From the NCBI GenBank assembly GCA_027491415.1, contig JAOZFH010000030.1:1-15689 (forward strand): DNA of 15,689 nucleotides. The letters are read 5' to 3'. This document shows positions 1-6,738 of the stretch, piece after piece. Positions within the stretch are counted from its first letter, which is position 1. Each line of letters opens with the position of its first letter. A program made the position numbers and the translations under genes. This DNA is from Thermoproteota archaeon. Lineage in GTDB: Archaea; Korarchaeota; Korarchaeia; Korarchaeales; Korarchaeaceae. The notes beneath the pieces are model-generated. The model saw nothing but the letters and a program-made list of their open reading frames with translations, was not told the DNA's origin and searched no databases.

Positions 1-675
1 GGCCTAATACCGCACTTCTACGCCGGCGAGATGAGGGGGAGGGTCGTCGTCGATGGCTTGGACACCAGGGAGGCTCAGGTCTCTGAGCTGGCCAGGAGGG
101 TGGGGCTGGTCTTTCAGAACCCCGAGAGGATGTTCTTCTCGGAGACCGTACTAGAGGAGTTGACTTTCGGACCCCTAAACTTGGGGATGGGCGTAGAGGA
201 CGCCAGAAAGAGGGCCCTGGAGGTAGCTGAGGAGATGGGCCTGACCGAGCTTCTGAGTAGACCTCCTTGGTCCCTCAGCGGGGGTGAGATGAAGAGGCTG
301 TCAATAGCCTCGGTGCTCACGATGGATCCGGCGTACGTCGCGTTGGACGAGCCGACGGTCGGTCAAGACGCGAAAAACAAGGCGGGCATCTGCTCCATGA
401 TCAGGAGGATGAGAGAGGAATCGAGGGGTGTTATCGTGGTGACTCACGATCTAGAGTGGGTCGTCGACTTAGAGCCCGACAGGATAGTGCTCATGGAGAG
501 TGGATCTATCGCTGCGGACGGCGGGAGGGAGATCTTGGCCGATAGGAGTAGGCTGAGGGAGGTCGGGCTAGCGCCGCCCGTTTGCGCTATGGTCTCAGAG
601 AGGCTGGGGATAGGACCGAGGCTAACTCCGCGAGAGGTTGTGGAGGGAGTCTTAGCTGGGAGGGGGTTCGGTTGA
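1..675 (+). CDS. ecfA: ECF transporter ATP-binding subunit (EcfA/CbiO family), 5'-truncated by window edge
   Basis: Frame is open from base 1 (GLIPHFYAGEMRGRV...). Q-loop VFQNP, signature LSGGE, Walker B VALDEP, H-loop VTHD. Adjacent to an EcfT gene. Walker A lies upstream of the window. Confidence 0.9.
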   Translation, partial: GLIPHFYAGEMRGRVVVDGLDTREAQVSELARRVGLVFQNPERMFFSETVLEELTFGPLNLGMGVEDARKRALEVAEEMGLTELLSRPPWSLSGGEMKRLSIASVLTMDPAYVALDEPTVGQDAKNKAGICSMIRRMREESRGVIVVTHDLEWVVDLEPDRIVLMESGSIAADGGREILADRSRLREVGLAPPVCAMVSERLGIGPRLTPREVVEGVLAGRGFG

Positions 676-1388
676 TCTCGCTGGGTGTCCTGAGAGGAGA
701 GGAAGGTTCCCTCGGCTGCAGGATGTGCCTGGCTCATCCGGCCTCTAAACTCCTGTGGATGGTATCCTTCTCTTCTCTCCCGCTTGTCATATCGAGTCCC
801 GCGTATCAAGTCGTCCTCCTACTCCTGGTAACCCTCACGTCCATTGGGGGAGGGGTGGGTCTCCGCCCCCTCTCTGCGGTCAGGCATTTAGCGGTCCCAA
901 TAGGGGCTATAGTTGTCCTGAACTTCTTGTTCACTAGGGATCTCGTGTTTTCCGTCGGCATGGGGCTGAGAATGTTTTCCATGGCAGCGGCGGCCTTCTT
1001 GTTCTTCGCAATAACGGATCCGATGGAGGTGGCAGACCTGCTAACCATGATGGGGGCGCCTCCTCCCGTTGCACTCGCCGGTATGGTGGCCGTCAGATTC
1101 GTACCCGTGATGATCGAGGATCTCAGGGGGATTGCCGCCGCCCAGAGGAGCAGGGGGTATCGGTCCGACGTCGGAGGACCCGTCGAGAGGATCAGGAAGC
1201 TGGCCCCGATATTGATCCCCGCCCTAGTCTTGGTGGTGAGGAGGAGTCAGGCAGTCGCCGAGTCCGTCGAGTCGAGGGGCTTCGGCAGTGGTAGAAGGTC
1301 TCTCTACCCAGACTACAGGTTTAGGAAGGTCGACTTGCTCTTGGCGTCTTGGGCTCTGATACCTTGGTTTGCGATTCTAATCTTGTGA
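672..1388 (+). CDS. ecfT: ECF transporter transmembrane component T (EcfT/CbiQ)
   Basis: Several hydrophobic segments and the two conserved X-R-G motifs (AQRSRG, ESRGF). Start placed at TTG 672, which overlaps the ecfA stop (TTGA) and follows a G-rich SD-like GGAGGGG. Confidence 0.88.
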   Translation: MISLGVLRGEEGSLGCRMCLAHPASKLLWMVSFSSLPLVISSPAYQVVLLLLVTLTSIGGGVGLRPLSAVRHLAVPIGAIVVLNFLFTRDLVFSVGMGLRMFSMAAAAFLFFAITDPMEVADLLTMMGAPPPVALAGMVAVRFVPVMIEDLRGIAAAQRSRGYRSDVGGPVERIRKLAPILIPALVLVVRRSQAVAESVESRGFGSGRRSLYPDYRFRKVDLLLASWALIPWFAILIL

Positions 1389-1737
1389 CTGTGAGACCCC
1401 CCTCTCCTTCCACTGCGACAATTGGAGGGTGATCGAACCGACCAATTGGACTGGAATTGGGTAAATTTCCACTCCGGCCTCGTTGTATCCAGAGCTGTCA
1501 GAGTGGAAGCCGCGGTCTCTCTCCCCTTTGGTAGAGGCGCCGCTCTGCGTTGTGTTTCTGCGCAGGAAAAACATGAGAATCATTCTAAGGTCGCCCCTCG
1601 TCAAATATGAACTTGCTTAATTAGACCGATCTTTCAGGTCGAAGCAGAGTCGGAAAAATCGAACTCGGAAATTGGAGGTGGGGGATCGGTTGGCAGCAAG
1701 GTATTCTCACCTTAATTCGATTCCTAGTGGCAGAAAC
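1389..1737. other. Putative chromosomal replication origin (oriC) upstream of orc1/cdc6
   Basis: Longest non-coding gap in the window and visibly more A/T-rich around 1565-1625. Contains repeated AGTGGAA/GGAAA ORB-like cores, some followed by G-runs, and lies immediately 5' of cdc6. Confidence 0.6.
1397..1418 (-). promoter_or_regulatory. ORB-like element with G-string
   Basis: Minus strand reads TCGCAGTGGAAGGAGAGGGGGG, resembling the archaeal ORB consensus TCCAGTGGAAACnnAGGGG. Confidence 0.55.
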
Positions 1738-2883
1738 GTGAGGATAATCCAGGATAGAAGGGTTCTCTCGGACGCCTACGTCCCGGAAACCTTGCCGGGT
1801 AGGGACGAGCAAATCCTCATGTTTGAGGAGCACCTCGAGCCCCTCTTGTTTAACGAGCCCCCCTCCCACATGGCCTTCACCGGGATGGCTGGAACGGGCA
1901 AAACGGCCGTGGCCAAACACGTCCTGAGGCATAAGAGCGAAGAACTCCGCGGGGCCCCCGTCCGCTTCATCTACATCAACTGCTCTCAGGCCAACACCTC
2001 CTACCGCGTCATGTACCAACTGAACAGGGCCTTCGGGATCCTGGTGCCCCCAAGCGGCTATCCGTACGACGTCCTCGAGGACAACTTCAGGAAGGCGTTC
2101 TTGGAGGCCGACGTGAGGATGTTCTTGGTGTTGGACGAGGTTGATCTCTTGGTCAGGAGGGACGGCGGGCGGCTCCTCTACTCCCTCACCAGAATGAACT
2201 ACGATCTGGACCTGAGGAGGAATTCCGTCACCGTGCTGGGGATATCCAACACCCTGAATTTCCTGGACAGGCTCGATAGGAGAGTTTTGAGTTCGTACAA
2301 CCCTGACAGGATATTCTTCCAACCGTATTCAGCAGATGAGCTCTACAACATTCTCCTCCAGAGGGCCAGGCTCGGCCTGAGGCCGGGCTCTTGGGAGGAC
2401 GCGGCCCTCAGGAGGATAGCCGCGAAGGTGGCGAGGGAAGGCGGCGACGCCAGAAGGGCCATAGATCTCCTGCGTATGGCCGCCACACTTGCGGAAAGGG
2501 ATAGATCCGGGAAGTTGACCGAGGATCACGTGGAGCAGGCCGAGATTCGGGTGGACGAGAGTGAGGTCCAGGTGGCCATTAGAACCCTCCCGTTTCACCA
2601 CCTGCTGGTCCTCAAGGCCGCCGTGGACCTCCTCCTGGCCGGAGATCCGAGGCCAGGCACTGGAAAGATATACGAGAGGTACGAGAGGTACGCCAGAAGG
2701 TTCCTCGTGAGCCCCCTCACGATGAGGAGGGTGAGCGCCATCCTGAGGGAACTTGAATCCCAGGGAATCATCGAGATAGAGATGAGCTACGGAGGCGCGA
2801 GGGGGAACACGAAAGTCGTTAGAGGGACGGCCCTACCGCCTCTTCGCCTCAAAGAGATCTTGAACGAGGTCACGCGGGTGTAG
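1738..2883 (+). CDS. cdc6: Orc1/Cdc6 replication initiation protein
   Basis: N-terminal VLSDAYVPETLPGRDEQI, Walker A GMAGTGKT, YINC, Walker B LVLDEVD, sensor-2 GDARRAIDLLR, C-terminal winged helix (RRVSAILRELESQGII...GARGNTK). GTG 1738 is preferred over TTG 1672 from family N-terminus length and CTTAAT at 1711-1716. Confidence 0.95.
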   Translation: MRIIQDRRVLSDAYVPETLPGRDEQILMFEEHLEPLLFNEPPSHMAFTGMAGTGKTAVAKHVLRHKSEELRGAPVRFIYINCSQANTSYRVMYQLNRAFGILVPPSGYPYDVLEDNFRKAFLEADVRMFLVLDEVDLLVRRDGGRLLYSLTRMNYDLDLRRNSVTVLGISNTLNFLDRLDRRVLSSYNPDRIFFQPYSADELYNILLQRARLGLRPGSWEDAALRRIAAKVAREGGDARRAIDLLRMAATLAERDRSGKLTEDHVEQAEIRVDESEVQVAIRTLPFHHLLVLKAAVDLLLAGDPRPGTGKIYERYERYARRFLVSPLTMRRVSAILRELESQGIIEIEMSYGGARGNTKVVRGTALPPLRLKEILNEVTRV

Positions 2884-4468
2884 GCGACCTCAGATCCAGG
2901 GGCCTCACGCTGAGGTCGTGGAGGGAGAGGATCGGGTATATCCCGGGGGTCGCCGTTATCCCCATCTTCTTTATGTACGGCGTCTCGGCCTGGAATGTCC
3001 CGGAGTTTATCAGCCTGACGCCCCTGTACACCCCAACTCCAAATATGTGAACGTGTCCCATGTGGACGACCTCTGGGACCTCCTCAATCACGAGCCAGTC
3101 TCTAGACTCGGGCGCAATCGGATGTTCGCCGTACATAGGCGCCAGGTGCCGCGCCCTGAGGAGCTGCCTCATCGCAGAGACGACCGTCCTTCCGGTGGGG
3201 GGCTGGAGGCCGGGGACGTACTTGAACACCGTGTTGAGGCTCCTCCCGTGATACAGCAGTATCCTAACCCCCTCCAAATTGACAACGGCCGGGTTTCCGG
3301 CGGCCAAGAAGTGGTTAACGGAATCGATCAGAGGCCTCAAGAACCTCTCGGGAACTTTGGGCTGTGGCTCCGCCTGTCTCACCGGTTCGTGGTTGCCGGG
3401 AATGTACACGATGCGAATGTGACTCGGGAGCATTGACAGGAGACGCGCCGCCTCCTCATACTGCCCATAGATGTCTTTAATCTCCAGCTCATCTTCTTGG
3501 TCCGGGTAGATGCCTACTCCGTCCACGAGGTCCCCGCATATCAGGAGGTACTCGACGTCCTTGGCGTCCTCACTCTTCAACCAGCCGACGAATCTCCTCC
3601 ACAGGTCCTCGAGGAAGTAGCTGCTCCCGACGTGAACGTCTGAAATGAGGACGGCCCTCTTACGGGACCCTGACCTGTTAGGCGTGAACCCCCTGGGAAC
3701 ATCCGGGTGATGGATTGCGTCCGTCCGCAGGGTCCCCCTCTTGGGGTCCACCTCGCCGCTCACGACTATCAGCTGGTCCATCATCACAGACTCCGCCGCC
3801 CTGTAGAGATCACCCTCCTCTCTGGGGATGAAGACCCTTATCTGATCGCTCTCGTCTTCCAGGACGATGACAAAGCCCCTCCTCGTGGATCGCTTCTCTG
3901 TGACCAGCCCAGCAACGTGGGCCCTCGACAACCTCCCCGCCCTGAGGCGAACCTGTGATGGCGTGTAGAGGCTGTTCTGAAACCTCTTTCTGACTATCCC
4001 GAGAAGCCTCCTGAATCTGTCTTGAAAGTACTCAACGAACTCTTCGGGAACGCCTCTTCTGACGGAGAGGACTGGGTCAAGCTCAACCCTGGCCCACTCG
4101 CCGACCTGAGCAGAGCGTGCGGCGGTGGACCCCCTGCCTTCTTCGATTCCCCATCTCTCCGCGCCGACGGCCCCACCCGCTCCGACGACCCTCGTCGACC
4201 GGCCTGTCGCTTTAACCCGGGATTCACTCACATGCGTCGCTTCCGCTTCGTCCAGAATTCTCTTGATGGAGTCCTCGTCGAGTACCGGGGGGAATTCGTC
4301 CCCCTTAACCTCAAGCGCCGCGAGGAGGTCGCGGGCGCTATAGGCTCCGCCCGTAATCAGCCTCAGCGCCCCGGGCGTGAGGTGGTACCCCCTCCCGGCG
4401 AGGGTCAGAATCAGGCTCCTGACTGCCTCTTCCCTCTCTCCCCCGTTAAGGACACTGCCCTCCCTCAC
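2870..4468 (-). CDS. polB: DNA polymerase II (PolD) small subunit DP1, 3'-5' proofreading exonuclease
   Basis: Calcineurin-like phosphoesterase motifs ISDVHVGS, GDLVDGVGIYPDQ, PGNHE, YHG, GHVH. Also RQAEPQP, RHLAPMYG, NSGTFQ, an OB-fold and YFQDRF. Start at GTG 4468 overlapping the upstream TGA (GTGA); the ORF track starts at 4492. Symbol follows archaeal DP1 naming (polB = polD1); this is not a family-B polymerase. Confidence 0.95.
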   Translation of the reverse strand: MREGSVLNGGEREEAVRSLILTLAGRGYHLTPGALRLITGGAYSARDLLAALEVKGDEFPPVLDEDSIKRILDEAEATHVSESRVKATGRSTRVVGAGGAVGAERWGIEEGRGSTAARSAQVGEWARVELDPVLSVRRGVPEEFVEYFQDRFRRLLGIVRKRFQNSLYTPSQVRLRAGRLSRAHVAGLVTEKRSTRRGFVIVLEDESDQIRVFIPREEGDLYRAAESVMMDQLIVVSGEVDPKRGTLRTDAIHHPDVPRGFTPNRSGSRKRAVLISDVHVGSSYFLEDLWRRFVGWLKSEDAKDVEYLLICGDLVDGVGIYPDQEDELEIKDIYGQYEEAARLLSMLPSHIRIVYIPGNHEPVRQAEPQPKVPERFLRPLIDSVNHFLAAGNPAVVNLEGVRILLYHGRSLNTVFKYVPGLQPPTGRTVVSAMRQLLRARHLAPMYGEHPIAPESRDWLVIEEVPEVVHMGHVHIFGVGVYRGVRLINSGTFQAETPYIKKMGITATPGIYPILSLHDLSVRPLDLRSPTPA

Positions 4469-5235
4469 GTCATGTCTCCGCAAGCGCACCACACCTCCAC
4501 CAGCATGTCAAAAAGTTCATCGAGGCCCCTTTCCTCTCTGGCTGAGATTAGCGCAACCCGCTGCGCAGTCCTGAACTCTTTTACGGCCTCAAGAAGCTCT
4601 GAGAGGGCTTCTGACGCGACACCACCGCCCTCGAGGATTAGATCCCTAGTCTCGCCCCTAAGCACAGATGTCCAGATCTCCTTCAGCCGCTCGCCACCCC
4701 CCAAGTCAGCCTTGTTCAGCGCCGGAATGACCCCCACATCGAGCTTTAACTCGATGATCTTCGCGAGGAGGGCCGCCGTGAGGAAGTCCTCAACCATAAC
4801 GTTTGACTCGACTTCACCGAGGAAGATGGCAGTCGTCCTGGAGAAGCGATCGGAGATCGCGTCAACTATCCTCCTGCCGGACGCCCTGAGGGCGAATGCC
4901 TCTGCCTGCCCTGGGGTGTCGACGACCATGAAGTCGGCGTCCACGGATTCGAGTCCGCTAACTAGTCTCTCGAGATTCTTATCCTCTGCGAGGATATCGA
5001 TCGCCCTCAGTATGGCGCCGTTTGGGCCCAACCCTTCCCTCTCCATCACGTCTTCGACTGTCACCAACTCCCTGACGTCGTACGCTGGCTCATAGGGTAT
5101 CCTCCTGACCCCAGGATCCAGGTTGACGGCGCTCGCCCTCAGCCCCCTTTTCTTCATCCACCTGACAAGGGCGCCAGTCAGAGTGGTCTTACCGGTCCCC
5201 GCGAGTCCCATCACCAAGGCCACGTCTGTCGTCAT
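4465..5235 (-). CDS. GPN-loop GTPase (ATP_bind_1 family)
   Basis: G1 GLAGTGKTT, VNLDPG, GLGPNGAI (GPN loop), DTPGQ, NKAD, ISA, C-terminal CACGDMT. ATG 5235 overlaps the pmm stop (ATGA). Confidence 0.92.
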   Translation of the reverse strand: MTTDVALVMGLAGTGKTTLTGALVRWMKKRGLRASAVNLDPGVRRIPYEPAYDVRELVTVEDVMEREGLGPNGAILRAIDILAEDKNLERLVSGLESVDADFMVVDTPGQAEAFALRASGRRIVDAISDRFSRTTAIFLGEVESNVMVEDFLTAALLAKIIELKLDVGVIPALNKADLGGGERLKEIWTSVLRGETRDLILEGGGVASEALSELLEAVKEFRTAQRVALISAREERGLDELFDMLVEVWCACGDMT

Positions 5236-6575
5236 CCCACCCCCAGCTCCCTGAGCGCGGAGATAGCGATCTTCCTCAGCTCGGTGAGCCCCTCCTCCCT
5301 CTCTGACTCCACGTAAATCCGAATCTTGGGCTCTGTCCCGCTCACCCGCAGGAGGATCCAACCGTCTTCTAGTATGAGCTTGACTCCGTCGAGCCTGCTG
5401 ACTCCGACAATCCTCCCACTAAGGGCCTCTTCCACCCTCGAGACCAAGGCCCTGAAGACCGATTGCCTGTCGCCCTCGAAGAGGAAGCTCATCCTAGACT
5501 GATGATACTTGGGGACAGCCTCCAACGCCTCCTTCAAGGAGCCGAACTCCCCGACGGCCCTGAGGACGAGCGTTGAGGCCATGATCCCGTCGAAGAAGGG
5601 TCCCCACTCGGGCACCATGATCTTCCAAGGCTCCGTCACCAGGTCCGCCTCCCAGCCCTCTGACGCCCTCCTGAAGTACTCGCTGTGCAGGTCCCCCAGT
5701 CTCCACTCCACGACCTCTCCGCCCTGGGATCGTACGAGGTCTCGGATCCCCCACCCCATGTCCACGGAGATTATCACCCTCCTCGCCCGCAGCACCAGCG
5801 CGGCCAGCGAGGAGACGGCGTACTGCGGGACGAACCCCCCTGAGCTGTCGACGACCGCCACCCTGTCTGCGTCACCGTCCCAAGCTATTCCCATCTCGGC
5901 TCTTAACGTTCTCACTAGGTCTCCGAGTCCAGCTAGGTTCTCACGAGTCGGCTCTGAGGGCCTGCCGGGAAACCTCCCGTCGACCCAGTCGTTCACGGTC
6001 GTGACCTCTGCGCCCATCCTAGATATGACCTCTGGGGCGAGGTCTGAGGCGCACCCGTTTCCTGGGTCCAATACGACCCTCGTGGCGACCTTGGAACCAG
6101 AGATCTTCAGCAGGTCTCTAATGTAGTCGGTGGGCGTGTAGCCTGAGGGCGTGACCTCGGGTCGCCTCTCCGGGAGCCGGGGGCGCGGGAGCCCGTCGAT
6201 CTCGGCCTCAATTTTCCTCTCCTCCTCCCGGGTGGCCTCTGCCCCCCTCGGAGATATGGCCTTGAAGCCGTTGAATTCAGGAGGGTTGTGGCTGGCGGTG
6301 ACGTATATTCCCGCGATTCCCTGCGCCTTGGCCGACCTGCAGGTCACGGGCAGGGGCGCGAGCCCCAGGAGCTTGACGTCCCTTCCCTCGGACAGCACCC
6401 CGCTGACGACAGCCGCAGCCAGGGACGGGCTGCTGAGCCTCCCATCCCAGCCGACGAGGAAGGACTCGCTTTCCATCACTCTTGCGACTGCCCTACCAAA
6501 CCTCAACGCGGAGACTTCGTCGATCTGGACTCCGTATACTCCCCTGACGCCCGCAGTGCCGAACAGTCTCCCCAT
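5232..6575 (-). CDS. Phosphomannomutase/phosphoglucomutase (alpha-D-phosphohexomutase family)
   Basis: LFGTAGVRG, catalytic TASHNP, metal loop DGDADR, phosphate loop LRVSGTEPKIRIYVE. SD-like GGTGGAGG just upstream. Substrate specificity cannot be resolved from sequence alone. Confidence 0.92.
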   Translation of the reverse strand: MGRLFGTAGVRGVYGVQIDEVSALRFGRAVARVMESESFLVGWDGRLSSPSLAAAVVSGVLSEGRDVKLLGLAPLPVTCRSAKAQGIAGIYVTASHNPPEFNGFKAISPRGAEATREEERKIEAEIDGLPRPRLPERRPEVTPSGYTPTDYIRDLLKISGSKVATRVVLDPGNGCASDLAPEVISRMGAEVTTVNDWVDGRFPGRPSEPTRENLAGLGDLVRTLRAEMGIAWDGDADRVAVVDSSGGFVPQYAVSSLAALVLRARRVIISVDMGWGIRDLVRSQGGEVVEWRLGDLHSEYFRRASEGWEADLVTEPWKIMVPEWGPFFDGIMASTLVLRAVGEFGSLKEALEAVPKYHQSRMSFLFEGDRQSVFRALVSRVEEALSGRIVGVSRLDGVKLILEDGWILLRVSGTEPKIRIYVESEREEGLTELRKIAISALRELGVG

Positions 6576-6590
6576 GCCTCCACCGAGCGG

Positions 6591-6597
6591 TTATATA
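6591..6597 (+). promoter_or_regulatory. TATA box for tRNA-Ser
   Basis: TTATATA located 26-32 nt upstream of tRNA position 1 (6623) in a GC-rich context. Confidence 0.65.
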
Positions 6598-6622
6598 CCC
6601 GGGGCGTGATAAACGGTTGGGT

Positions 6623-6733
6623 GCCGGGGTACCCTAGCCAGAGGGCCTCCGGCCCGGCGAAGCCAAGGGGCCGGACTCGAGATCCGGTGGCCTCTCGGAG
6701 GCCACGTGGGTTCAAATCCCACCCCCGGCGCCA
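6623..6733 (+). tRNA. tRNA-Ser(CGA) with a 20-nt intron in the D-loop
   Basis: Acceptor GCCGGGG/CCCCGGC, discriminator G, encoded CCA. D-stem CCCT/AGGG. Anticodon arm CCGGA-CT[CGA]GA-TCCGG (anticodon 6678-6680). Long variable arm GGCCTC/GAGGCC. T-arm GTGGG-TTCAAAT-CCCAC. Confidence 0.95.
6642..6661 (+). other. tRNA intron at non-canonical position 18/19
   Basis: Removing AGGGCCTCCGGCCCGGCGAA restores the D-loop AGCCAGGCCA with G18-G19. The junctions fit bulge cleavage at AG^A and AA^G around helix (A)GCC/GGC(G), with inner hairpin GGGCC-TCC-GGCCC. Confidence 0.85.
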
Positions 6734-6738
6734 CTACT

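Noticed and set aside
1377-1610. Short ORFs (62 aa + and 75 aa -) in the ecfT-cdc6 gap
   Set aside because: No recognisable motifs and codon usage unlike the flanking genes; the region is better explained as origin/regulatory DNA.
2671-2700. Tandem TACGAGAGG repeat
   Set aside because: Two copies plus a partial third, encoding YERYERYAR in the Cdc6 winged helix; not a CRISPR or VNTR array.
3386-3400. DP1 motif GNHE instead of the commoner GNHD
   Set aside because: GNH(D/E) is within the metallophosphoesterase consensus and the other metal ligands are intact.
4022-5095. 357-aa + strand ORF and other long antisense ORFs (1621-2322, 5509-6126, 12739-13314, 14682-15534)
   Set aside because: They fully overlap well-supported genes on the opposite strand, have biased composition and show no domain signatures.
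6688-6705. Long variable arm suggesting tRNA-Sec
   Set aside because: The anticodon is CGA, not UCA, and the acceptor/T stems are 7/5 bp: an ordinary type II tRNA-Ser.
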